From Candidatus Bathyarchaeota archaeon (GTDB lineage Archaea; Thermoproteota; Bathyarchaeia; Bathyarchaeales; Bathycorpusculaceae), in contig CAVZJV010000014.1 in NCBI GenBank assembly GCA_963775685.1, positions 992,001 to 1,056,000 of the forward strand: DNA of 64,000 nt, written 5' to 3'. Below, piece after piece: positions 52,736-63,495 of the stretch (its first letter is position 1; each line of letters opens with the position of its first letter). Position numbers and translations under genes: made by a program. Below the pieces are notes generated by a model that did not search any database, had not been told where the DNA came from, and worked only from the letters and a program-made list of their open reading frames with translations.

Positions 52736-53000
52736 GATTGAGCACTTTTTTAGCCCAAAGTTTACGGATTTCATGTTGGAGAGTTACTGAATCTATGTCT
52801 ACATCTTTGAGTAGACCTTCTATAGCTTTTACAGGGTCGCCTTCAAAATTTGGATTTTCCTGCTCTGCGGTTGATAACCAATTTAAGATTGCGTCTTCCG
52901 CGGCTTTGCTTAGAGCTCCTTTTGTGTAACCATATCTTTTCATGGCTGCTTCTCTGAATTTTCGTTCCAGTTTAGTGTCGATTTGAACTCTTAAAGACAT
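52722..53000 (-). CDS. Putative RHH-type antitoxin paired with the PIN toxin
   Basis: MSLRVQIDTKLERKFREAAMKRYG..KGALSKAAEDAI..W; overlaps the toxin start. Confidence 0.7.
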   Translation of the reverse strand: MSLRVQIDTKLERKFREAAMKRYGYTKGALSKAAEDAILNWLSTAEQENPNFEGDPVKAIEGLLKDVDIDSVTLQHEIRKLWAKKVLNHVSC

Positions 53001-53728
53001 GACTATATTACCAAATGGGCATAAGGCAAAAAGGCCATTTATACTTTTCTTTGAATTATTCACCTATCCGGGGGCTGTCAATGCTTCAAAATGGTTACAC
53101 ATCAGAATCATCAACTACGTCTGCCTTTGTTCTGTGTCAGTTAATGTGCTTCTCCGGACGGAGTTATGTTAATTGAAATTGGAACTTTAGAACATCAGAT
53201 CAAGAACATCCCTTCCTTTGTTAAGAATCAATAAAAATGAAAAAGGAAAAGAGCAGAAAAATGCTCATTTAAATTACTTATGGTTGCTTAAAATGTGGAA
53301 GATTGCTGCGTTTCTGCGGTGCAATTAATGTCAATAGCGAAGCTGATTTTCTCAAGTTTTCTTAGAAATCTGCAAGTTGAAGGGCACCATGGTTTGTGTG
53401 CAGGCAGATTTAGATGGTAATTGATTGGTCTTCTTTAGGAGTAACCATTAACTTAATTTCTTCTTGTTTTTGTTGTTTTTTGATTCTTTTTTTTTCTTGC
53501 GGTTTCTTTTGTAGGGTATAGTGAGTGTTTGAACGAAGAGGTTTTAGCTATCATTTTAGCGGTTTCTTGTTTTTGTTTTGTATGCGTTTTCTGAGTGTTT
53601 TTTTAGAGTTTTTTTAAAAGTGATCTGTGGAAAATTATTTAAGGTTATACAGTTGATATGAGTATTTTGGTTTGGAGAAAGCTCAGCGAGGCTTTTTTTA
53701 AGCCGAAAAGAATTAGGAGAAAAAAGAA

Positions 53729-56303
53729 ATGCAAAACAAAATAGTTTCTATAGCATTAGCTTCGTTGTTAATACTCTTAATGTCAGCTTCGATTTTGTTT
53801 GTTCCAAACGCCAGCACACATACGCCTCCGTTGACAATTCCAACTTGGGCCTACCTTAGTGTCATGCCAAATCCTGCGGGCATCGGTCAGGAAGCGTTTG
53901 TTAATTTCTGGATTGACAAAGCACCCCCAACTGCAGCTACAATCTATGGCGATCGGTGGCAGGATTTTAAAGTCACCGTCACAAAGCCCGATGGAAGCAA
54001 TGAAACCCTTGGACCTTTCACATCCGACGATACTGGAGGAGCCCACACAACCTACACGCCCTCGGTTTTGGGTAACTATACTTTCCAGATGAGTTTTCCA
54101 GGGCAAACCTTAGCGGGCAGCAATCCCCCACCAGCTGGCTACTCTGCGGCTATTTCAGGGTTGATTGGTGATTACTATTCCGGCAGCACAAGCAAGCCAG
54201 TAACGCTAGTTGTTCAGCAAGAACCCATACCTGGCGAGTCAACTAACCCAAATCCCATCCCCTCAACTTATTGGCAAAGACCAATATATGGCGAGAATTT
54301 GGACTGGTACAAGATTAGTGGAAATTGGCTTGGCTTAGCAGCGGTTGGTTTTACGAGGGCAACTGGCCAATATAACGCAAGTGGAAACTTTAACCCCTAC
54401 ACAACTGCGCCAACCAGCGCCCACATACTATGGACAAAACCCTTAGCACCTGGAGGCCTAATTGGAGGAGAATTTGGCGGCAATCAAGCCGGCGGCAGTT
54501 ACTATTCAACATCCCAATATGAACCTAAATTTGGAGGTATAATAATAGATGGAAAACTCTTCTACCAAGTTCTACCGGGATCATCAACTAACCCGGCGGG
54601 TTGGGAAGCCCTGGACTTACGCACGGGACAAGAATTATGGTTTAAGGACACAACTGAACCTTTGCTTTGCGGTCAAGTGTTAGATTACATCTCGCCAAAT
54701 CAATTTGGTGGCCTATCTTATCTTTGGAGCACTCAAACAACTGTAAGCCCCAACTATGGGTCTACATATGGCATGTATGACACGATGACAGGTAACTACA
54801 TACTAAGCATTGTCAACGGCACTTCATTTACATTGACGGAAGATGATGGTGGAAACTTAATAGGCTACTATGTCAACGCAAGTACCGCAAATGCATACAA
54901 GGCGCCTACGCTAAATATGTGGAATTCTACTCAATGCATCATCACTGGAACAAATGGTCTAGACCGCTGGCAATGGAGACCAACCCAAGATGCCAAGTTG
55001 ATTTCTCAAGAGGGATCATGTGGTCAATGCCTATAGCAACCAATGTTTCTGGGGCAACGTTTAGTCCAGGTCTTAGCATCAGTGCAGTTGGCGCAAAGGT
55101 ACTATTGTTGACTTCTACTCCGACCGCTTTCAGTGGGGGTCTATCTTGGCAACCGGGTTGGCGTATAATTGCGGGCTATAGCACCAGTACAGGGCAGCAA
55201 TTGTGGGGTCCGATGAATCAAACCGAAGAACCTTGGGTTAGGCTTGATACATACGGTATTTCAAATGACATGTGGTTTGAGTTTGATCACAAAAATCAGT
55301 TGGAGTGGCTATAACGCTAACACCGGAGAAAAGCTGTGGCAGTCAGATTCCTACAATAGTCCTCCTTGGGCATACTTTGTTAACTATAAACCCGTGGTTG
55401 CTTATGGCAAGCTCTATGCATCTGACTTTGGCGGACAAGTCCATGCCTACGATATCACAACTGGCAAACAAGTGTGGCAATTCTCCACAGGCTCTAGTCG
55501 CTATTCAACTCCCTATGGCATCTGGCCTCTCGTTCATGTTGAAGCTGTCGCTGGAGATGAGGTTTTCCTTTCCGGAGGACACACCTACAGCCCCCCACTA
55601 TTCCTAGGCGCACAACTATACGTGTTAAATGCTACCACAGGCGAGAAAGTTTGGAGTGTTCTAGTTTTGACGACTCTAACGCAGCCAGCGCCGCTATAGC
55701 TGATGGCATCTTTGTAAAACCAAACGCCTACGATAACCAGCTCTATGCGTATGGTCAGGGACAAACCGCAACTACGATCTCGGTTATGAATACTGTTGTG
55801 CCGGAAGGAGCTCCCTTAGTGATAACTGGTACTGTTACTGATCAATCTGAAGGACAAACCTGTCTTGGAATTCCAGCTAAAGGCACACCCGCAATATCGG
55901 ACGACAGCATGAGTGTTTGGATGGAGTACCTCTATATGCAACAGCAAAAGCCAACCAATGCAACCGGCGTTCCTGTTACCATAAATGTTCTTGACTCAAA
56001 CGGCAACTACAGACAAATCGGCAGCACCAACACCGACATAAATGGAATGTTTAGCTTTGTTTGGAACCCCGATATAACGGGCTCATTTACTGTCATGGCT
56101 AACTTCGAAGGCACAAACGCGTACTATTCCTCAAGCGCAGAAACATCTTTAAATTCACCTCAGCAACAACACCGATGCCGACCTTTGTCCCCGTCACCTC
56201 TATGGCTGACACATACTTTATTCCTGCAATCGTCGGTCTGTTCGTTTTAATTATCGTCGCGCTGGCGTTAGTAGTACTGTTGATGCTTAGAAAAAGACCA
56301 TAA
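53729..56303 (+). pseudogene. PQQ-like beta-propeller surface protein with C-terminal Ig-like domain and TM-RKRP anchor; four frameshifts
   Basis: Fragments 53729, 54919, 55244, 55651 and an untracked tail (...MADTYFIPAIVGLF...MLRKRP*) are colinear with the paralog at 60136..62662. Confidence 0.85.
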
Positions 56304-56648
56304 ATCTCGACAAAGATTATCTTCCCTTTTTTTGGTTTTATGAAAAAGTATATCAGAACTAAAAAGAAAATACGGATCTTGTAGGGACAGGTTTAGGTAC
56401 TCGCCGTACCTGATTTATTGGAGAATTATGACGGAACGAATAATTATTAATTAAGTTATTATTTTTCGAAAAATGGTGATTTATAGGTTGATGTTTTGGG
56501 GCTTCCTTTTTTTTAGCCGAAACCATAGTCTTCGCATTTTCTCTAACGCCTTTAGTATTAATTGGCGTTCTTGGGTGGTTTGTTTTTTTTAACCCAGATT
56601 GGGACCGATGAATTTAAAATGGTTTAAAGCCAATTGTAGAGGAAAAAG

Positions 56649-56942
56649 GTGAAGAGTTCCAAGTATATAAAAAGAGATTGGAGGAACTAAAGCACTTGAA
56701 GAGAAAATTCAAGTGGAAACAATTGGAATCTTTGGTTCTTATGTTCGTGGAGAGCAAACCAAGAAAAGTGATGTAGATGTTTTAGTAGAGTTCGCAAATG
56801 ATGCGCATATAGGTCTTTTGAAGTATGTGGAGCTGGAGATTTTTTTAAGCGAACAGTTAGGTTGAAAGTATATTTAGTGGCTAAAGGTGGTTTGAAGCCA
56901 ACCCTCAAAGACCTTGTATTAGGCGAAGTTGTTTATGTATGA
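56649..56942 (+). pseudogene. MNT (minimal nucleotidyltransferase) antitoxin relic
   Basis: IGIFGSYVRGEQTKKSDVDVLVEF...LSEQLG; several frameshifts. Confidence 0.75.
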
Positions 56943-57045
56943 CTAAGCAACTTAGAGTTTATTTTGTTGATATCCTTGAGTCGATTGAAGAAATAGAAGA
57001 ATTCACCCGAAACTAACTTTTGAAGAGTTTACTAAAAAAGTACCG
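56939..57045 (+). pseudogene. Truncated HEPN/DUF86 toxin 5' fragment
   Basis: ATGA overlap with MNT; MTKQLRVYFVDILESIEEIEEFT...TFEEF, then no continuation. Confidence 0.65.
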
Positions 57046-57893
57046 TTTCAGGAATTACGGTTTTTTTCAGTTTGGCTTTTCTTGACCACATTAGATTAAT
57101 CATTATGCTCCCGCCGTGTTCAAAATAGTCCAGTCTTATTCTGTAGGTTTGTCTGCTGTAAGCAAAATAGGGTTGCTTTTTTGATTCAGAGTTTGGGCGT
57201 GTTTTGGATGCGTCTGTGTGCGTCTGTATGCAGTTGGGTAAATTGGTTGAGGCAGGTGTTTTATTTGCCGTTGTATGAAGTTTTTTGTGGTTTTTAGGTA
57301 TTGATTCAAAATCAATAAAGCTTTTACATTAAAAGGTCCTAAACAAAATCGGAGCAGGCATCAACATGGCAAAACCAACCTTCAGAACAAAACGCAGCAA
57401 ACTTGCAATAATCTATTGGCCCCCTTCTTCATCTTTGTGCTTATAGCCTGCTGGAGCCTCCACTGTATAGGAAAACCATGGCACCAAATAAACCAAGCAC
57501 AACAGCCAACCAGCAATATGCCCACAAAACATGACCCAATAGAGCTTTTGGTGATTCCTCAGCAAGAAGAACAAATACAGGCAAACTAAGCCAGGGCTTT
57601 TTTTAAATCAACGAAGTTAAATTGTTTAAAAATGTGGGTTAATATGGTTCAGTGGATCCGGTTAAGTTGACAAATTCTAATTATTCAGATGTTAAGATTT
57701 TTTTAAAGTATCCTTCCGTATGCTCGCAGTCGTGGTTCTCAACGTGGTTATTTCGCGGCGGTCATGGGTCCCTGTGGACACTATCGTGAGGGGGCAACTC
57801 GAACCTTTTAAAGGATGAAGCCCACTAGCTTTTAATGGTTTATTCAGCAATAAATTTATTATAGTTAACCATAGTTTGCTATAGTGAGCTATA

Positions 57894-58127
57894 ATGAAAG
57901 ACGAAGATGTCACCACAATTCAACTTAAGAAATCAGTGGTTAAGGAGTTAAAAGGCATTCGGAAGTATCCAAGAGAAACATACAACGAAACCATTTTGAG
58001 TTTAATTAAAACTGCAAAAGAAACCAAGAAAAATAGGCAATACGATGAGTTTCTCCACAGGATTCAGCAGGCGAAGATGGAACAGTTATGGAATAATGAG
58101 GAAGATGAGGCGTGGGAACATGTCTAA
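57894..58127 (+). CDS. Putative antitoxin (RHH-like, TTIQL...ETYNETI)
   Basis: Overlaps the MazF-like gene; acidic W...DEAW tail. Confidence 0.7.
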   Translation: MKDEDVTTIQLKKSVVKELKGIRKYPRETYNETILSLIKTAKETKKNRQYDEFLHRIQQAKMEQLWNNEEDEAWEHV

Positions 58128-58437
58128 GGCTGGGGATGTTATACTTGCAACTGTGCAGTTTACAGATACCGCTGAAGTGAAAGTCAGGCCGGCGGTGGTT
58201 CTATTTGAGGAATTGGGAAACGTTGTAGTTGCAGGTGTAACCAGTAACCTCAAAATGAAAGGAATACCCCTGACCAAAAGCGAAGGAGCCATAAAAGAAA
58301 GCGTCATAAAACTAAACTACATCTTCAGTATCTCAAACGAAATGGCTTCCAAAGTCCTCTTCCACCTAAGCAAGGAAAAAAAGCAGCTGATTTTTGATGA
58401 GTTAACCAAAAGGCTTGGAGAACTCAAAACTAATTAG
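58120..58437 (+). CDS. MazF/PemK-like toxin
   Basis: GDVILATVQFTD...KVRPAVVL...VTSN...ESVI. Confidence 0.82.
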   Translation: MSKAGDVILATVQFTDTAEVKVRPAVVLFEELGNVVVAGVTSNLKMKGIPLTKSEGAIKESVIKLNYIFSISNEMASKVLFHLSKEKKQLIFDELTKRLGELKTN

Positions 58438-58439
58438 GT

Positions 58440-58464
58440 TGGCGCCGGGGTAGGGATTCGAACC
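58440..58464 (-). other. Orphan tRNA 3'-end fragment (GGTTCGAATCCCTACCCCGGCGCCA), att-site-like
   Basis: T-loop, 3' T-stem, acceptor 3' strand, G discriminator and CCA; no 5' half upstream. Confidence 0.7.
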
Positions 58465-58538
58465 ATGGGTCGGGTAGCTTCCGGTCAAGGATCATCGGGT
58501 GCCATAGCTTTTCTGCTTAGTATCTTTGTTGCTGGTTT

Positions 58539-58729
58539 CTAGTTCCTGTTCCCCAATTGTGCTGAGGGCTTTTCTTTAAGCATTTCTTTGAGGCTTGGTA
58601 TTGGCTCGACTATTAGTCTGCGGCTTCGATTTTGTAAATGACTTTTGTGTGGGCATTTAGTTTTGGTTTTTCTCTGATTTCTTTGGACGGGAAGAGCTCT
58701 CCTTTCGAACCCACGCGACTTTGTTGCAT
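58539..58729 (-). pseudogene. AbrB/MazE/SpoVT antitoxin relic
   Basis: MQQSRVGSKGELFPSKEIREK..L...TKVIYKIEA, frameshift, RLIVEPIPSL. Confidence 0.65.
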
Positions 58730-58988
58730 TTATCTGCCTTGCCGAATAAAATTGTATTTTTTTGTTGTAATAATCTTTGAGGCAGATTTCAGAGAAACTG
58801 GCAATTGCTATATTCAAAAATGGCAAGCCCAACCTTGATAACTAAATGGCTATCTTGAGAAAAAGATACGAAGCGTCGATGAATAAAGGTTCAATTGTGT
58901 AGGCGTTTTTTTGGCTGTTTGGGGAATTTGTTGTCTCGCTAGTAGTTTTATATTTTACCCAATTATTTGGGTAATAATGGTTGTTTGC

Positions 58989-59231
58989 ATGGTTGAAACA
59001 ACTTACTATAAAGATAAGGTGTATCTTCCAAGGCAGGTGCGCGAAAAGCTCGGGTTAGTTGATGGAGACGTGCTACACATTGAAGTCATCAAAAGAGGAG
59101 TTGCCAAAATGAGCATAATACGTCGGTGCGGTGCCTCTAAGCGCGCCCTTGAAAAGTTAGATAATCCACCCGATCTGGGCACCATTAAAGGCAAACTTTC
59201 AAGAGAAGAAATCTATGAAGACATTACTTGA
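58989..59231 (+). CDS. AbrB/MazE/SpoVT-family antitoxin
   Basis: KVYLPRQVREKLGLVDGDVL; ends LSREEIYED; overlaps the PIN gene. Confidence 0.8.
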   Translation: MVETTYYKDKVYLPRQVREKLGLVDGDVLHIEVIKRGVAKMSIIRRCGASKRALEKLDNPPDLGTIKGKLSREEIYEDIT

Positions 59232-59652
59232 CACAAACATCCTAGTTCATGCTTACAACAAGTCTTCGCCAAATCAAGAACAAGCAAGCAAAATCCTCAA
59301 ACAAGCCATGCAGGGCCAAATCCAGGCATGCCTCTCCCCTCAAGTGCTCTACGAATTTTTCGCCGTCGTCACCAGCGCCAAAAGAGTTGAACACCCAATA
59401 TGATCAAATGAAGCTGCGAATCTTTGCATCGACCTCTGGGAATGCAACGAGATTGAAAAATTGAACCCTTCCGCAAGAGCACCTATCGAAGTTTTCAAGT
59501 TTGTAGAAGAACTTAATCTGTCTAAGGCACAGATTTTCGATTGCGTCTTGGCTGTGACCGCCAAAGAGAACAGTATAGACAGCATATTTACTGAGAACAT
59601 TGCAGATTTCAAACCTTACAAATTCATAAAAGTAGTAAATCCATTTGTATAA
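59215..59652 (+). pseudogene. vapC: PIN-domain (VapC-like) toxin with in-frame TGA at 59401
   Basis: LLDTNILVHAY...PQVLYEFFAVVT, TGA, then in-frame IFDCVLAVTA...IFTENIADF..NPF. Confidence 0.8.
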
Positions 59653-60135
59653 TCACTAATTTTTCCATCCAAGTTTCTATTTTGGAGTGTGTTGTCTAAA
59701 AGAAGAAGACCAAGGTTTTTTGCATTTTTCAGTGAGGGTGTGTTTTGGGTTGCTTTTGTTTCATAGGCTTTGGAGGGCTTTTTGGATGCATCTTGAAATG
59801 CCACGTTCCGTCTGCCAAAAGCTGCAACAAAGAGGGCTGTTATAGTTGCCATTAATGAGCTAAGCGTGGTACGGTTTAGGTGCTCGCCAACTCATGTGGT
59901 TAGAGAAAAATGATGATGCGCAACCAAAGTTTTGCGACGTTAATTTTGATAGGAATTAGTGTTTGATTGTTGTTGCAATCGTCTGCAGAATGCATTTGAA
60001 ACAACAACAACAACTTCTCTGGCGCCAACTGGCCCAAATAAATCAAAATCTCGATAGCTTTACTGAGCTCGCATCTTTTAATTAAAAATATTGAAAGACT
60101 AAAAAAGGGGAAAGAAGGGGTTTATTTTAGTATTT

Positions 60136-62662
60136 TTATGGTCGTTTCCTGAGCATCAATAATGCCAATACAACGCCAATTATTGCAACGAATACGAACA
60201 GCCCTATGATTGCTGGAATGAAGTATTGGTCTGCGACCCATGGTGCGGTTAAAGCTGGGGCAACTGTTGGCTCTGGTTCTGTAACGGTGAAGAATGCTTC
60301 AGCTGAAGATGGGTAGTATGATGCGGAGCCTAAGAAGTTGGCGCTGACTTTGTAGTCACCTGCTATGTCTGGCGTCCATGTGAGGCTAAATGCGCTGTTT
60401 GAGTCACTTGTGGTTGTGCCGATTGTTCGTGTGTTGCCATTGGAGTCAAGAACATCGATTGATACTGAAACTCCTGTCGCGTTGGTGGGTTTAGGTTGCT
60501 GCATATAGACGTATTCCATCCATGCGCTTTGGCTTTCGTCAGAAATAGCTGGAACACCATGGGGGAAGTTGGCTGCGGGTGCTTGTTGGTTTGTACCGGC
60601 AGAAATGTCTGTGACAGTACCACTAATGACTATCTTTTGTCCGAAGGGTTGCACTGAAACGGTGGTTGAACTTGGTCCTTTGCCGTAGGCGTATATTTGG
60701 TTGTCGTAGGCGTTGGGTTCTACTAAGACGCCGTCTGCAAGGACTGCACTGGCTTGGTTGACAGTTGTAAAGCTGGATACGCTCCAGATTTTCTCGCCTG
60801 TGGTTGCGTTTATAGCCCATAGTTGTGACCCTTTGAATATTGGTGGGCTGTATGTGTGTCCTCCTTCGACGTAGACTTTTCCGTCTGCAACTGCTTCAAT
60901 GTGATACAGTGGGTAAGTGCCGTATGGTGTTTCATAACCGCTTGTTCCAGTGGAGAATGTCCATACTTCTTGTCCTGTGTCGACGTTATATGCGTGGAGC
61001 GTTCCGCTGAAATCAGACTGGTAGAGCATGCCATATGCCACGATGGGGTCGTAAGCTACGAAGTATCCCCAGGGATTGTCGTAGGGTGTAGTTGGTCCCC
61101 ATACATGTTCTCCTGTTGATAGGCTGTAGGCGTCCCATGTCATTGTTGGATGTGTAAATTCAAAGATTTTGCCGTCCATTGCTGGGCTATCCATTATTCT
61201 GGCGAATGGCACATAGGTGTGGTTTGTCGGTCCCCACAGTAGATTGCCTGAGTGTGCATCATATCCAACCCAAAGATCCCAGCCGAGTCCGAATCGGGCT
61301 ACTGGTGTTGAGTGGAGAAGAACGATGTCTGAACTCATAGTTAAGATGCTGAACTTGGGGCTAATGGTTGCGCCTTGATAGGTTGTGAGTAAGGGTGCCT
61401 GCATCTGTATGCCTTGGTCGAATGGAACCATTGCACCTTGTACGGGTCTCCAGTACCAATAGCGAGTTTCATCTAATCCTTGAATACATTTGGTTGAGTT
61501 CCACATGCATAATGTGTTGTCGGTGTTGTTGGTGTAATAGCCTAATAGGTTTCCGCCTTCATCCATGACGATTTTGCTGAAAGAGGTTGCGTTGACGATA
61601 TCTAGTATCCAGTTTCCGGTTATTGCATCGTATAGACCGTATGTGGTGCCTTTGTTGGGTTTCACCGTGGGTTCAATGCTCCAAAGGTATGAGAGTCCAC
61701 CGAACTGGTTGGGGGAAATGTAGTCGAGCACTTGGCCGCATAGAAGTGAGTTAGTTGTTTCTTTTGTCCATACTGTTTCGCCTGTGCGGATGTCTAAAGC
61801 AACCCATCCTGCTGGATAGGTGCTACTGCCTGGGACACTTTTGAAGTAAAGTATTCCGTTTATAACTATGCCTTGGAATTTGGGTTCGTACTGTGGAGTT
61901 TGGTAGTAACTGCTGCCATATTCGGTTCCGCCAAATTCGCCTCCGATGATACCTCCTGGTGCGAGGGGCTTTGTCCAGAGTACGTGTGCGCTGTTTGGTC
62001 CTTCAGTGTACGGATTGAAGTTGCCGCTGATGTTGTAGTATGCTCCGCCGTGACTTTGCATCACTGTTCCAAGCCAATTTCCACTGATTTTGTACCAGTC
62101 AAGATTTTCTGAGTATATTGGGCGTGTCCAGTAGTTTGTTGGAAGCGGATTTGATGGGGCGTTCATTATTGGTTCGTCTTGTACATATAGAGTGACTACT
62201 TGGCTTGTACTGGGTTGATAGTAGTCGCCGATAAATTCGTCGTTTGCGCTTCCGCCTGGAATTGGGTTGGCACCTGCTAAGGTTTCTCCAGGGAAGTTGA
62301 ATACGAAAGAGTAGTTTCCAGTTACGCTTAGGTGTGTAAACAGTGTGTGCTCCTCCGGTGTCGTCTGACGTAAATGGTCCTAATTTTTCGGTTGTTCCGT
62401 CTGGTTTTGTGACTGTTACCTCAAAGTTGTGCCATCTGTCTCCGTATTGGCTGGCTGCAGTTGGTGGAGGTTTGTCAATCCAGAAGTTTACGTATGCTTC
62501 TTGACCAACCCCGACGGGGTCGGGTTCAATGCTGAGGAAAGCGTATGTTGAAATTTTGAATGGTGGGTCGTGTGCGGTTGTTGTTAGCATTATGGAAGCC
62601 AAGGAGAGCATTAGAATTGCCGAAATCGTTATGGCCATAATTTTATGTTTAAAGTTTTGCAT
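60136..62662 (-). pseudogene. PQQ-like beta-propeller surface protein with TM-RKRP anchor; one frameshift at ~62328
   Basis: ORFs 62099..62662 and 60136..62166 join after removing one A (YTP-SVTGNY); paralog of 53729..56303. Confidence 0.85.
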
Positions 62663-63076
62663 TTTGTTCTTTTCCTTTAATTTTGTTATGAGCGAAACAA
62701 AATCCTTAAAAATGTATGTTTTGCTCTCGTACTAGTTCTTTTTAATAATTTATATAGTTTATTGGAAATTGGGTACTGACGACAATTTTTTGATAAATGT
62801 TTTGATATAACACCAACACTTGGAATTGTTTGTTGTTGTTCTCCCTTTAAGAGATAATTAAAAGAAGAAGAAACGCTTTCTGCATGGCTGCCAACTTTTT
62901 ACTCTTTATTCTGCTTCTGCATTTTAGCTATCCTATCTTTTCGGTTTTTTTCCTCAGTATGCATGGCTTCTTCCTCTTTTGACTCATCGTCAAGTAGAGA
63001 ACTGTGAATTTCCCTAAGGCTTCCTTCGGGATACTCTAATAGTATTTTTTGGTAAAATCTAATGTCCTCTAAGAAA

Positions 63077-63360
63077 ACGCCGTTAATGTAGTAATCAAAT
63101 ATGTAATCAAGTTTTGCTCTAGGTTGCAGAAGGGAAATCGATTTCAGATCTCCAAGTATGTGCGGTGGAAATACAAGCTTGAACCTGAAGGTTACTATTA
63201 GGGTTATAGAAGTATGGTCTTCTGTACAGGTTTTTTTGGAAAGAATGACCACAGATGGAAGAATCACTATTCCCAGGTGAATATGGTTTTGCTGCAGGAT
63301 AGAAATTTGGACCTTGCAGGCTACGCTATAGAAGTAACTCTAGAAGCTGTCTATCAGAGT
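63077..63360 (+). pseudogene. Degraded AbrB-like double-domain gene
   Basis: Fragments RLQKGNRFQISKYVRWKYKLE / ERMTTDGRITIPR / GYAIEVTLEA in shifting frames. Confidence 0.4.
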
Positions 63361-63495
63361 GTTTGTCAAAGATTAGGAGAGTATGCTGGTTCATGGAAGT
63401 TTTGACAGAAGAGAAAATAGCTATTTCTGGATAAAAAGACGTTTGCCTCAATTAGATTTTAATAAAAGATGTTTCATCTTCGACTGGGAGATTTG

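Noticed and set aside
62899-63267. 122-aa minus-strand ORF
   Set aside because: Overlaps the degraded AbrB-like relic on the opposite strand; only the charged C-terminal half looks protein-like
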